DNA of 64,000 nucleotides from contig CAWCTR010000007.1 in assembly GCA_963798485.1 (NCBI GenBank), forward strand, positions 1 to 64,000. Direction: 5' to 3'. Under the pieces are notes generated by a model. The model was not told where the DNA came from, did no database searches, and was given only the letters and a program-made list of their open reading frames with translations. Positions within the stretch are counted from its first letter, which is position 1. Each line of letters opens with the position of its first letter. Origin of the DNA: an uncultured delta proteobacterium. Its GTDB lineage: Bacteria > Desulfobacterota > Desulfomonilia > UBA1062. Position numbers and translations under genes: made by a program. This document shows positions 30,361 through 44,972 of this stretch, one piece after another.

Positions 30361-30981
30361 TTAGTTAACCTTTTGTCCGAAGCTGGCTGGCTTTTTGTGC
30401 TCGCCCGGTTGGCGGATTCGGCTGGCTTCAAAGCTAACGATCTTCCACTTGTCCTGTGCGTCGCGCACGTAGACGCGCGTGTAGCGATAGCTCCCTGAGA
30501 CGTCGCCATCGGTCGTGGTGCCCTGCACAAAGGCGACCGAGTTCACCAGCGCCGTATTGCCATAAAAGCGCACCTTCCGCTCGGTGATGTCGAGCGTGGT
30601 GAAACGAACGTGGTGGGTACGCAGATTGTTGATTGCTTCGTCTTTGGTTTGCAGGGTCCCCGCGGCGGTTATGGCGATATAGTCGTCGGCCAGCAGGGTG
30701 GCCATTGCCGCGGTATCGGCCTTGAGCATGGCGGTGCGCCAAACATCTTCGAGTTGAAGAATCTCGTTGCGATTTTCGTGCTTGTTGATCTTATTTTGTC
30801 CGGCATGCAGCAGGCCGCATCCGAATGCCAGCACCAGCGCCATCGCGACCATACGTCCGGCGAGTGGCCGGGAGTCGATCAGAGCGGAACAGGGCACGAA
30901 GAACTTGTTTACGGCACCCGACATAGGCGTATCGGATAGTATCGTCGCAATGGTCTGCCGGTCAATGGTTTGCGCGGCCAT
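30361..30981 (-). CDS. DUF4440/NTF2-like domain protein
   Basis: LLADDYIAI...G.LQTK, VRFYGNTALV, YRYTRVY; real start probably downstream of the ORF start. Confidence 0.8.
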   Translation of the reverse strand: MAAQTIDRQTIATILSDTPMSGAVNKFFVPCSALIDSRPLAGRMVAMALVLAFGCGLLHAGQNKINKHENRNEILQLEDVWRTAMLKADTAAMATLLADDYIAITAAGTLQTKDEAINNLRTHHVRFTTLDITERKVRFYGNTALVNSVAFVQGTTTDGDVSGSYRYTRVYVRDAQDKWKIVSFEASRIRQPGEHKKPASFGQKVN

Positions 30982-31071
30982 TCAGTAACTTCCGTGTATC
31001 ATGTCGATTCAGTTTGAGCTCCGGCCACGTTGCGAACCGGGGTTCTTTGTCGCTTGGACGGAAGATTACCC

Positions 31072-31359
31072 TCAGACGAGAGCAACCAGATTTTCGAGGG
31101 TGCGGATTTTCATTTTCTGCAGCAGCCCGCCAACGACATACTTCTTGAAATGCGCCGAGTCCCGATGCGCCGCGAGTGCGGCCGCATCCTTGTATTGCTC
31201 GTAAATCACGATGGTGTCAGGATCGCCCTCAACATGGTGCGGGATGTAGGTTACGCAGCCGGGCTCGCGGCGCGATTCGCTGGTAACGAGGCGGAGGACT
31301 TCGGCAATCTCGTTGCGATCTTCAGGGGCGAAGGTGAAGCGTGCCGTAAAGCTGACCAT
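31072..31359 (-). CDS. ABM-domain (putative quinol monooxygenase) protein
   Basis: SRREPGCVTY, YEQYKDAAALAAHRDSAHF. Confidence 0.88.
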   Translation of the reverse strand: MVSFTARFTFAPEDRNEIAEVLRLVTSESRREPGCVTYIPHHVEGDPDTIVIYEQYKDAAALAAHRDSAHFKKYVVGGLLQKMKIRTLENLVALV

Positions 31360-31411
31360 GAGCGCAGATTCCCTTTGCCTGAGCCTTAGAGCCCCAGTGC
31401 GTACTTTCAGT

Positions 31412-34991
<3,580 letters not shown>

Positions 34992-35016
34992 TTCCTGCTG
35001 AATCAATCCGGCAAGG

Positions 35017-35460
35017 CTAGTGCGATACCAGTCCCGGGGCGTGGAACTCGAGCGGTTCGTGTCCGAAGGCCTCACCCGCCAGCATCATCAGGATTCCAGC
35101 GATCCAAAGCACATGGCCGATCAGCGGAACAAGGGAGGCCAGCCGGAAGTAGATCCACGTGCCAAACATGAACGCCAAAATGGCGCCGCACATGATGCGG
35201 CGCGTACACATCAGCCTGGGGCGGATGAGAAACACCAAGTAGAAAAGAATCAGAGGATTGATCCAGCCGCTCAATATGGCCAGGAAGTCCTTTGAACGCC
35301 ATACTTCGCCGCTGAATGTGTTCATCAGCGTAACCCAGGCACAGAACCATCCGCGGTACACCTGTGGGGTAAACGCGCCCGGGGTGGCCATCTGCTTGCA
35401 AGCCGGCAGAAAGAAGGCAGCCACGTAGATGCAGAATCCAGCAATGCGCGCTGTTTGCAC
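35017..35460 (-). CDS. Hypothetical membrane protein
   Basis: 147 aa with about four hydrophobic segments. Confidence 0.7.
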   Translation of the reverse strand: MQTARIAGFCIYVAAFFLPACKQMATPGAFTPQVYRGWFCAWVTLMNTFSGEVWRSKDFLAILSGWINPLILFYLVFLIRPRLMCTRRIMCGAILAFMFGTWIYFRLASLVPLIGHVLWIAGILMMLAGEAFGHEPLEFHAPGLVSH

Positions 35461-35598
35461 CGCATGGGCAACCTTTTGAGATTGTGGGCCTAATGGGATC
35501 GCTGGTTCCTTTCCGGCAGGTCTTCCCAGTTAGATGAAGATTCAAGAACTCGCAATGATAGACGAGTCGAATTAAGAAACGCGTAAATGTTTGCGTCC

Positions 35599-35629
35599 TG
35601 TTAACGACCTCCGCCCTTTCTTCGTTGTA
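35599..35629 (+). promoter_or_regulatory. Putative ECF-sigma promoter
   Basis: AAC (35603-35605), 17 nt, CGTTGTA (35623-35629) upstream of an ECF operon. Confidence 0.45.
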
Positions 35630-35676
35630 GGTGCAGGAAGAGGCCTTAAGGCTTCACTGAGCGAGGTGGTTCTAAC

Positions 35677-36624
35677 ATGCGGCAAACAAAGGGTGTTGCA
35701 GGCTGGATTTTTGGAGTGGTTGCGGCTTTAGTGTTCACGCGGGCCCGGCAACGGTAATTGGCCAGGCACCCGCTGCGCCTACGGCCCGGACGCAGCCCCG
35801 TCGACGCCCATAAGCGACCAGGAGCTGTCTGACACGCAGGATCAGCTTATAAAGCTTCTGCGCACGAGCCCAACGCTGACGTCCGTGGTGGCCCGCGATC
35901 CCTCGCTGTTGTCTAACCAGGAGTATGTGAACCACAACAATCCGCAGCTGGGGCAGTTTCTGGTCCAGCACCCGGACGTTGCTCGCAATCCGGAGTACTA
36001 CCTGTTTACGCATCTCGAATCGCGCGGCGGACGGCGGGACCAGGCGCTTGAGCGGGCAGTGTGGCCTGATATGTCACCATGCAGCGCCAGTGACTCGAGA
36101 GCCGATCAAATGCATGAACCCGTCAGGGACATTTCGGCGTGACGGTTTGCCGCTTTCTGCGCGGCGTTGGTGTGGCTGATTCGCCAGTTCCTTGAAAACC
36201 GTCGCTGGTCGCGGATATTCAAGCTGCAAAGCGACGTGCACGGAAGGCTGATCGAGAAGATTCAGCTACGACGCAGGAGCTTGCATCGTACATGGGCACT
36301 GAGGCGGGCAGGCGATTTCTTGAGGCGGCTCCGATTCCGGTGGGATTTGAGCCCGAGCAGAGAATGCCGAATGCGGTGTCTCGGGTACTTTGGCCGCTGC
36401 AAATTGGCGTGGTGCTGGTACTGCTCGGTGTTGGACTCCTTTTCCTGCGCTCGGCAGGTCCCGATATGAATATTCCGATGCTGATAACGGGTACGGTAGT
36501 GCTCATGCCCGGAATTGGATTTATTCTGTCCGCAGGGATTACGTGGGTGTTGGCTGGACGGCTGGGTTTGATTCCTGAGAGCCACTCAGCAGCGAACGAA
36601 GCCAACCCGCAGGATAGGCCGTGA
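35677..36624 (+). CDS. Hypothetical membrane protein preceding ECF sigma (frameshifted)
   Basis: Contiguous coding fragments (RDPSLLSNQEYV, ENRRWSR, GRRFLEAAPIP, PGIGFILSAGIT) after a GAGGTG RBS. Confidence 0.7.
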
Positions 36625-36642
36625 GCCGGATCGGACCCGGCA

Positions 36643-37251
36643 GTGGCCAAGAGGCGCCCGACGCGAATGTTCTGGGAATCCTATCTACCGAGTGCTTTTG
36701 CCGGCAACGCCGAGCCCGACGTTGCGCAGCCTCTCATGGATGATGAGGCGTTCGCCGGGTTCTACGAGCGTTCGGCACGGTCACTCTGGGCTTACCTGGC
36801 ACGGACCTCTGGCGACCCGGCCCTGGCTGAGGACCTAATGCAGGAGAGCTACGTGCGGTTTCTTTCGGCAGCGGGCGCTCCATCGCATCTCAATGAGGGC
36901 GAGGTTGCGTGCCGGCGGTACCTGTTCCGGATTGCGACGAACCTGCTGCGGGATCACTGGCGGCGTCCAAGAGCAGCTTCGATTGAAGGAATTCCCGAGA
37001 ATTTTTTCGCTCGACCCAGCCATGCGGCGCAGTCCGATTCGCATCTGACGCTTGGACCTGCCCTGGCAAAGATGCGGCCCCGAGAGCGCCAATTGCTCTG
37101 GCTTGCGCACGCTGAGGGTTACTCCCACGGCGAGATTGCCGAGGTCACTGGCCTGGCCAGCGCGAGCATTCGTCTGCTGCTGTTCAGGGCGCGCCGAAAG
37201 ATTGCGCGCCTGCTCACGGATGAAAAACGCGGGAGGGAGCGGGAATGCTAA
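36643..37251 (+). CDS. ECF RNA polymerase sigma factor
   Basis: LAEDLMQESYVR, YLFRIATNLLRDHWRR, EGYSHGEIAE, LFRARRK. Confidence 0.92.
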   Translation: MAKRRPTRMFWESYLPSAFAGNAEPDVAQPLMDDEAFAGFYERSARSLWAYLARTSGDPALAEDLMQESYVRFLSAAGAPSHLNEGEVACRRYLFRIATNLLRDHWRRPRAASIEGIPENFFARPSHAAQSDSHLTLGPALAKMRPRERQLLWLAHAEGYSHGEIAEVTGLASASIRLLLFRARRKIARLLTDEKRGREREC

Positions 37252-37787
37252 ACGCCTGTTCGCGCGAAAACGAAGTGAGGGAACTTGTGGAGCGGGGCCA
37301 GTGGCCGCAGGCCTGCGCACCCGAGCTGCGCGCGCACGTTGACAGCTGCCGCTCCTGCGCTGATCAAGTACTGATAACAACCGCGTTTCGAAGGGCCCGC
37401 GCAGAAGCTGTCGCAGGCGTCACGCTACCTCCTCCGGGCGTCCTCTGGTGGCGCGCACAACTGCGAAGGCGTAACGCAGCGGTTGAGCGCATTGGCAGGC
37501 CGATCCTGGGAGCGCAGATCTTCGCCCTTGCAATCAATCTCATGTTGGCGGTTGCCTTCATCCTGTGGCAAGCCCGCCATGGCCTTGCCTGGCTCTCATG
37601 GTTTTCATCGACTGCGGGCCCTGCGCACAGTCCGCAGGCGGTGTTTCATCTTGACTCTCTCTGGTCTCCTCAGTTGCTCAGTTCCGGACTCAACTCAATG
37701 ACGAGCCCACTTGTGCTGATTCCCGCCATTGCCACACTGCTGTTGCTCGGCGGCGTGGTTGTCTATCTGGCTACTGAAAAACAGTAA
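37245..37787 (+). CDS. Putative zinc-binding (ZAS) membrane anti-sigma factor
   Basis: HVDSCRSC (HxxxCxxC) plus two TM segments; overlaps the sigma gene. Confidence 0.8.
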   Translation: MLNACSRENEVRELVERGQWPQACAPELRAHVDSCRSCADQVLITTAFRRARAEAVAGVTLPPPGVLWWRAQLRRRNAAVERIGRPILGAQIFALAINLMLAVAFILWQARHGLAWLSWFSSTAGPAHSPQAVFHLDSLWSPQLLSSGLNSMTSPLVLIPAIATLLLLGGVVVYLATEKQ

Positions 37788-37973
37788 TCCGCATCGCATC
37801 CGTATTGCTCAGAGCATCTTGCACTTGAATGTGCGGGGTGACACCCTCCTGCTCTTGAAGCGGCCCCCTTGGCCGCTCTGCTATAGTTTCTCGACGCGAT
37901 TTTCACGTATTTTCGAAAACGCTAACGAAAACAGCATTCGCGCCTCGCTGATCGCGAAAAAGCAGGAGAAATC

Positions 37974-39399
37974 ATGGACTGGACTGAGCGCACAAGACGA
38001 TCGTTCCTCAAGCAATTTGGTGCAGCCGGCGCTTTGGCACTGACGGCCGCAAACGCGGAGGGATTAAGCCTGGAGGGCGCGCAGAATGCTGCGCCGGCCC
38101 CCAACTCCCCCGCAGACCAGAAACAGGCTGCCACGCGCGAAGAGCGCATGAAATGGTGGCATGAAGCCAAGTTCGGCATGTTCATCCACTGGGGCCTCTA
38201 CAGCGTGATCGGGCAGCACGAGTGGGCCAAGGAAATCGAAGGCATTCCGATTCCGCAGTATGAGATTCTCGCCAAACACTTCCATCCCAAGCCGAATGCC
38301 GCTCGCGAATGGGCGCGACTGGCAAAGAAGGCCGGGCAAAAGTACATGGTGATGACCACCAAGCACCACGAGGGCTTTTGCCACTGGGACTCGAAGCTTA
38401 CCGACTACAACGCCGTGAAGCAGGGTCCGGGGCGCGACCTGGTGCGCGAGTATGTTGAGGCTGCGCGGGCCGAGGGTCTGCGCGTTGGCTTCTACTACTC
38501 GCTGATGGACTGGCATCATCCCGACGGCGCCCTCTGCAAGACGGACGAGGCCGCGCGCCGGCGGTTTGTCGACTACACGCATGGCCTTATTCGCGAACTG
38601 CTGACCAACTACGGCAAGATCGACGTGCTTTGGTACGACGTCTCGTGGCCGCTGACGCGCAGAAGGCTGGGAGTCGGAGCGCATGAACGAGATGGTCTTC
38701 GATCTGCAGCCGGAGATCATCGTGAACAACCGCAACGGACTGCCTGGCGACTTTACTACGCCTGAGCAGCACATCACCGCTGCCGAAGTTGGCCGCGCCT
38801 GGGAAACCTGCATGACGCTCAACGATAGCTGGGGCTTCAATCGCTTCGACGACGCGTGGAAGACGCCAAAAGTCATCGTGGACAACCTGGCTACCTGCGC
38901 GCGCGGAGGCGGGAACTATCTGCTCAACATCGGGCCGGAACCTGATGGATCCATTCCGCCGGAGACCATAACTTGTCTTGAGACCGTGGGGAAATGGCTT
39001 GAGACCAACGGCAAGGCGATCTACGGGACTGAACGTGTCAAGGCCGAGTGGTAACGTGAACGCAAACTACACCCGACGCGGCAATACGCTCTACATCCAC
39101 CAGCACTACTGGCCGGGGCACACGCCGGCGGCGGAGTGGCTGAGCTTCTATCAGCCTGAGGCGGTGGTTGCCATCGGTGGACTCAAGCCTAAGGTCCTGT
39201 CGGCGCGTCTGCTCAAGACCGGGACAGAAGGTTGACTTCACGCAGGATGAGTTCACGCTGCGGTTGACGGGTTTGCCGCTGGTGGCGCCAGATCAGCCGG
39301 CCACTGTCATTGAGGTGGAGTGCGATGGGGAGCCGAGCCGTCGATCACGACGCCATGCGTCCATTGTGGCCTCGGTTGAAGGTGGACATCAGCGTCTGA
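37974..39399 (+). CDS. GH29 alpha-L-fucosidase with Tat signal (frameshifted)
   Basis: TRRSFLK, KFGMFIHWG, TTKHHEGF, LWYD, WETCMT, NYLLNIGP. Confidence 0.92.
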
Positions 39400-39473
39400 T
39401 TTGCAGGAGTCAATAACGTCCTCTGGCTTCCTGGTCTTTCGGCCGCAGAAGCGGAATGATCGGGAAGCCGGAG

Positions 39474-40759
39474 TCAGACGCAGACAGGGACTGCGCGCGC
39501 GTAGGTGTAGGGGCCGTCGGGCACCAGCACCACGCGGGCATCCGTGGGCAGGCCTTTCAGAAGGGCGGCTACGGCTTCGTTCAGATCAATGAAGGTATGC
39601 TCGCCTGCTGAGCCCAGCTCCGACTTTGCGACGCCGGGCGTGTAGAAGAAGAGCTCATGCTTCACGCCGGTCAGCGCCAGCTTCTCCAACTGCCACTGAT
39701 CAACTTCAACGGGCGTGTCCTTGATTTCATCCAGAAAATTCTGGAACCCGGTGAGCGTGCGCATCCGGTAAGAGAACTCCGGCGAGCCCACTCCTTCAGC
39801 GCACTCGCCCAAGCAGCAGAATTCGTCCGCCCGGCTTGGTGATGTGCTGCGCGGCGGTCACGCCTTTCACGATCTGGTAAAAGGTCAGGTCAAGCGGGTA
39901 GCCCGCTGCGCAGGTAATTACCGCGTCGGCCGGTTCATCGAGATTCTCAAGGCAGGTAGTTTCAGTGAATTCAACGCCTGCGGCATGCGCCTTCACGGGA
40001 TTTCCGGCAAAGACCCCCGAGATTCGCCGATCCTGCGGTAAGGGTTACATCGAGGATGAAATCATGGCGCGCCATGCGCTGCAATTTCAAGCAACTCGGC
40101 GTGCAGCGGATTGCCGGCGATGGAGCCTTCAGTGGCCAGCGGCTCGCGCATGAAGAGCGGCGAGTGAATCACCTTGATGGTTTCCTGCGCGGCCAGCCCG
40201 GGAGCCACCAGCTTGCGGCCGCCTGAAAAGCCCAGCATCAGGTGCTGCTCAATAAAGCCGAGCGTAATGTGCAGATCGGCGGCCATGAAGCGCTCGTCGA
40301 TGAAAACCGGCGTTCCGCGCCTGGTGGTGCCCAGCGCCCGATGCTCCGCCAGGTCGCGCGCATCGTGACTGACGACGCGATATTTGCTGCGCGATCTCGG
40401 CGCCGACGAATGATTTCAATCTCGTCTTCCGTTGCGCCGCGGTGGAGTCCGGTTGCAATCAGAATGGTGACGCCTCGAGAGGGATGCCGGCCGCGTGCAG
40501 GCGCGCGAGCAGCGGGGGCAGCGTGATTGCATTTGGCGCGGGGCGCGTAATGTCGCAGACGGAGATGGCTGCCGTGCGTTTGCCCGCTGCCAGTCTTGAC
40601 CAGGGGATCGCAGCCAATGGGGTGATCGAGCGCGTAGGCCAAGGCTGCTGACCCATCGCCGATTGCTGACGCGGTGTGGCTGCGAACGACCTGGCAGGCG
40701 TAACTGTCCGGGACAGAAACCTCAATACCGTTCTTGCCGAAAGAAAACCGAGTCTTCAT
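39474..40759 (-). CDS. larA: LarA-family nickel-pincer racemase/epimerase (frameshifted)
   Basis: CDITRPAPN, IATGLHR, GFSGGRKLVAPG, GYPLDLTFYQ.VKG, DQWQ. Confidence 0.85.
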
Positions 40760-40927
40760 CTGTGCTGGAAACCGGCCGCGCGGCTTTCGATCGGCTCATC
40801 CCTTTCGCTCATTCTAATTCGTCTTCAGGCCCACCCCGAAGCAAACGGAGACCGCGCTCGTTTGAGCACTGGCAGGCACCCGTGTCCCGTTCCTCTTTCA
40901 GACGCCGTCATGCTGTGGTAGGCGGCT

Positions 40928-41875
40928 TCACGGTCGTCCCTCGGAGAGCACTGCATCGGCAATGCGCGCCGCCTCTACGGCCTCGGGAACCGCATGAACG
41001 CGGACGACGGAAGCCCCATTCAGAATGGCAATAGTCATCGCAGCCAGGCCTGCCCGCTCCCGTGCCTTGAAGGCAGTCTCAGCATTCGCCCCATCCCCAT
41101 AAAGCTTGGCAATTGTGTGGCGCAGGAACGACTTTCGGCTTACCCCTGCCAGCAATGGGCGACCAAGCGTGAGCAACTCGGCCTGCCGAGCCAGCAACAC
41201 GTAGTTTTCGTCGAACCGCTTGCCAAACCCGTAGCCCGGGTCGAGAACAATGGCTTCAGCCGGAATGCCTTGTGAGTTTGCCGTCGCCAGGCTTGCGCCA
41301 AGCCCGTCGCGCACTAGTGTCAGCAAGGCGTCGGGAGCAAGTTGCGGCTGCTCGCGCCATTCTTCCGGGCGGCCGCGGGTGTGCATGAGCACAACGCCCG
41401 CGCCAAACTCGCTGCAAACTTGCGCCATCTCCTTGTCCCAGGTGAATCCACTGACGTCATTCACAACTTCAGCGCCGGCTTCAAGGACCGACCGGGCTGT
41501 AGCAGCTTTGTACGTGTCCACAGAGACAATGGCGGCGGGACGGGCATCAAGAATCCCTTTGAGAACGGGAAGCAATCGCGCCAGTTCTTCTTCGGCGCTC
41601 ACCGTAGCGGTCTGAAGTGCGCCCGCATTGCCGCCTGCGCGTGAACCGGGCCGTGTGCTCTCCGCGCCCAGGTCGAGCAGGTCGGCCCCTTCGTCGAGCA
41701 ATCGGATTCCATGGGCTACTGCCGCCTCCGGCGCGAGATAAAGACCGCCGTCGCTGAAGGAATCAGGCGTGATGTTCACCACGCCCATGATCAGCGTTCG
41801 CTCGCCAAGCTTGAGCGTACGGGTGCGCAGCTGCCAGCGTGCAGCGCTCCTGCCGTTTCCGCTCATCTGTCTCAC
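40928..41875 (-). CDS. folP: Dihydropteroate synthase
   Basis: GVVNITPDSFSDGG, GAESTRPG, LDPGYGFGK, GVSRKSF. Confidence 0.96.
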   Translation of the reverse strand: MRQMSGNGRSAARWQLRTRTLKLGERTLIMGVVNITPDSFSDGGLYLAPEAAVAHGIRLLDEGADLLDLGAESTRPGSRAGGNAGALQTATVSAEEELARLLPVLKGILDARPAAIVSVDTYKAATARSVLEAGAEVVNDVSGFTWDKEMAQVCSEFGAGVVLMHTRGRPEEWREQPQLAPDALLTLVRDGLGASLATANSQGIPAEAIVLDPGYGFGKRFDENYVLLARQAELLTLGRPLLAGVSRKSFLRHTIAKLYGDGANAETAFKARERAGLAAMTIAILNGASVVRVHAVPEAVEAARIADAVLSEGRP

Positions 41876-41948
41876 CTAGCCATGGTACGTCGGCCGCATA
41901 GCCCATGGAACCTGCCACAGACAGCACGCCTCCTGCTACACTCCGGGC

Positions 41949-43604
41949 ATGAAGATTCTCGGGCGATTTACGGTGGTTTTGCTGGTAGGGTCTCTGGCGT
42001 TGTGCGCGGTGTTGCCGGCACGGTCTCAGCAAGCCCCTAAGGGGCACTCAGGCGGGCACGCCGCGCAGGCCAAGGGCCCCCTGAGCGATCGCATTGACGC
42101 CATTTTGGCCGATCCGGCTCTGAGCCACGCGTCGTTCGGCATCAGCGTCACTTCTCTCGATGGTCAATCGCTCTACGGGCTTAACCAGGGCAAGTTATTC
42201 ACTCCGGCCTCCAATGTAAAGCTCGCCACCACGGCGGCGGCGTTTGCCCTGCTGCCCGTGGAGACGCTCTCCTGGACCACAACCGCTGTCGCCGGCGGCG
42301 ACGTGGATACCGGCGGCGAGCTGCACGGCGACATTGTTCTGCTCGGCGTCGGCGACCCCACATTCAGCGCCCGTCATTATCCCTACGTGGAACCGGGAGC
42401 AACCCCGCCTGCAGCGGCTGTACCTGCCGATACTTCTAGCGCGACCCCAGCCCCAGCACCGACCGCCATGACGGTTCTGGACCTGATGGCTGAACAGGTG
42501 GAACAATCCGGCGTGCGCACCGTGGATGGCGACGTGGTGGGCGACGATAGCTTCTTTCTTGACGAACCTTACGGCGAAGGCTGGGGCTGGGACGACCTGC
42601 AGTGGGACTACGGCGCGCCTGTCAGTGCACTCACCTTCAATGACAACGCGGCCCGTCTCACCATCCGAGCCGATGAATCGGTTCCCGGCGCAACCCTGGC
42701 CGAGTGGGCGCCAAACACTGATTTCTACACCGTGGATAACAGCATGACACCCGCACCGACGGGAGAACTGGGGCATCCGGGTCTCGAGCGTCGCCCGGGC
42801 GCCCTGCTGGTGCGCGCGTGGGGCACAGTTGGCGCCAATGGCCTGCACGTCAACATGGCTATCGAAGACCCGGCGCAGTTCATGGCCGCAGCCTTCAAAG
42901 AGGTGCTTCGGGCTCGAGGCATTACCGTAAATGGCTCAGCCGTCTCCCGGCACAAGTACAGCAACGGAGCCGGTGATTTTGTGGGTGAGCGTGCACAGCC
43001 ACTGCAGCTGACCCGCTCCAATTTGGGCCACGTCACCGCTCCGTCCGATAATCGCAAGGTGCTGGCCATGCATTTTTCAGTGCCTGTGATCGAGGACATC
43101 ACGGTCACGAACAAGGTGAGTCAGAACCTGCACGCCGAGCTTCTGCTTCGGCTGCTTGGCAAGCAGTTTGGCAGCGACGGCAGCTTTGAGGAAGGTACCC
43201 GCGTGGTTCGGCAGTTTCTTGTGAATGCGGGTGTGGAGGACGGCGACTTTTTCTTTTACGACGGTTCGGGAATGAGCCGCGACGACCGCATTGCGCCCCG
43301 CGCCTTTACACGGCTGCTCTGCTACGCGTCGCAACAACCCTGGGGTGCGGAGTGGCGCGCCACATTCCCGGTGGCCGGCGTGGATGGCACTCTTGAAAAC
43401 CGCTTCAAGACTTCGCCGTTAAAGGGCCGCATGTGGGCCAAAACCGGCACACTGAACGAGGCAAACGCGCTCACGGGCTACCTGACGGCGGCCAGTGGCA
43501 AAACGCTGGCATTTTCAATTCTTGTGAACGGGCACCGGCCCGGTAGCGATGCTGAGTCTGATGCCATCGACAAGATTGCGGAGGCAATTGCAGCGGCCGA
43601 GTAA
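41949..43604 (+). CDS. dacB: D-alanyl-D-alanine carboxypeptidase/endopeptidase PBP4
   Basis: PASNVK (SxxK), SQN (SxN), KTG, DGSGMSR. Confidence 0.95.
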   Translation: MKILGRFTVVLLVGSLALCAVLPARSQQAPKGHSGGHAAQAKGPLSDRIDAILADPALSHASFGISVTSLDGQSLYGLNQGKLFTPASNVKLATTAAAFALLPVETLSWTTTAVAGGDVDTGGELHGDIVLLGVGDPTFSARHYPYVEPGATPPAAAVPADTSSATPAPAPTAMTVLDLMAEQVEQSGVRTVDGDVVGDDSFFLDEPYGEGWGWDDLQWDYGAPVSALTFNDNAARLTIRADESVPGATLAEWAPNTDFYTVDNSMTPAPTGELGHPGLERRPGALLVRAWGTVGANGLHVNMAIEDPAQFMAAAFKEVLRARGITVNGSAVSRHKYSNGAGDFVGERAQPLQLTRSNLGHVTAPSDNRKVLAMHFSVPVIEDITVTNKVSQNLHAELLLRLLGKQFGSDGSFEEGTRVVRQFLVNAGVEDGDFFFYDGSGMSRDDRIAPRAFTRLLCYASQQPWGAEWRATFPVAGVDGTLENRFKTSPLKGRMWAKTGTLNEANALTGYLTAASGKTLAFSILVNGHRPGSDAESDAIDKIAEAIAAAE

Positions 43605-43624
43605 CGCGGTATCATCATTAGCAA

Positions 43625-43990
43625 ATGCACGTTCGTTCTTTTTCTCCTTTCTGCGCAATCATGATTTCTGTGTCGGGGCTGGTCATGGGTCTTGCCGGAT
43701 GCCGTTCACTGCCGCCGTCGAAGCCCTCGTCGGAGTGGACTCCACAAGAGGCGCGCGGAGCCGTGGTCTACCGGGCAAAATGCGCCCGCTGTCACTATCC
43801 CACCACGACCCATCCCTTGAACGGGCCGGGACTGCAGGCGATTACCAAAGTCAAGGCAATGCCCTCCGGTATGCCGCCCACAGATGAGAGGCTCACTGCC
43901 GTGATTCTGAGCGGGAGAAACATGATGCCGGCAACGCGGCTGAACGACGATCAGCTCCAGGATCTGCTGGCCTATCTGCGTACGCTTTGA
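43625..43990 (+). CDS. Small c-type cytochrome lipoprotein
   Basis: LAGC lipobox, CARCH heme motif, distal MMP. Confidence 0.85.
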   Translation: MHVRSFSPFCAIMISVSGLVMGLAGCRSLPPSKPSSEWTPQEARGAVVYRAKCARCHYPTTTHPLNGPGLQAITKVKAMPSGMPPTDERLTAVILSGRNMMPATRLNDDQLQDLLAYLRTL

Positions 43991-44016
43991 CCGACGAAGA
44001 CAGGAGGTGAATCACC

Positions 44017-44418
44017 ATGACCGAAGAAGTCGACCAGCCGGACGCAACCAGCGAGGCCACAAGCGAAGCTGGCGTTCCCGCACCGAAGCGCCGGCTCTAC
44101 CTGCCCCTTCCCGGGCTGGCGGCCATTGGCCTCTACCTTGCGGCGCTCGCCGGGGCGTTCATTGTCGGCGTGGTGCGCGGCAACTATCCGCCCCTGTTTC
44201 TCTTCTTTCCGGTCCTCTTCATCGCCGCCACAGGCGGACTGATGCTGTTGTTCCGCTGGGCATGGGCGCTGGCGCTGGCCGCCGTCTTTCTGCTTGCGAT
44301 CTACAACATGTGGGTCTTTTCACAGCAGCATCTTGCGCCGGCGTTGGTGCAAGGGCTACTGAACTGGGTGTTCTTCCTTTACCTCATCCGGGTCGAGGTT
44401 CGCAGCAAGCTCAAGTAG
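44017..44418 (+). CDS. Hypothetical four-TM membrane protein
   Basis: 133 aa hydrophobic ORF with GGAGGTG RBS. Confidence 0.75.
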   Translation: MTEEVDQPDATSEATSEAGVPAPKRRLYLPLPGLAAIGLYLAALAGAFIVGVVRGNYPPLFLFFPVLFIAATGGLMLLFRWAWALALAAVFLLAIYNMWVFSQQHLAPALVQGLLNWVFFLYLIRVEVRSKLK

Positions 44419-44456
44419 CCTTCCGATCGAACATCGCAGCGCCAGAGGGACCGGAT

Positions 44457-44768
44457 TTACTCCAGAATCCTCTCTGCGGGCACAACCCTATTGGGTTCGC
44501 GGGAATCCCGTGAATGCGAGGCCAGGCTCCCAAGCTGACACACAATAGCCGCCAGCAGTGCCCAAAGCAGAAAGATCAACCCGATGCCGGTGCAGGCGAT
44601 GCCGCCCAGCGCAGCCGGTCCCGTGGTTGTGATGTCGAGGTGGAGGGCAGATGAGGCCAGCGGAAACGCTGCGTCAAAACTGGTGGCTCCGCTGCAATAG
44701 CCGAAAATCAGGCTAAGGCCAGTGGCGAGGAAAATGATTGAGGCGATCAAGGGGCGATCTGATCTCAT
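44457..44768 (-). CDS. Hypothetical membrane protein
   Basis: MRSDRPLIASIIFL... behind an AAGGAG RBS; two hydrophobic segments. Confidence 0.65.
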   Translation of the reverse strand: MRSDRPLIASIIFLATGLSLIFGYCSGATSFDAAFPLASSALHLDITTTGPAALGGIACTGIGLIFLLWALLAAIVCQLGSLASHSRDSREPNRVVPAERILE

Positions 44769-44972
44769 GGATATCTCCTTTTTCTTCAGCCGTCTGAGTC
44801 CGAAGCGAAGATCCGGAAGCATTACCGGCCGGCTGCGGGGCACAAGCGGCTTATAGGAAAAGATGCCTGTTCGGGACAAAAGGTTTGGGCGGAAGCAGGG
44901 TTTTGGGAGCATCCTTACGGTAAAGGTTTTGAGTCCGCGCGCCTGAGAAAGGCCAGCCGCTACAATGAGAGC

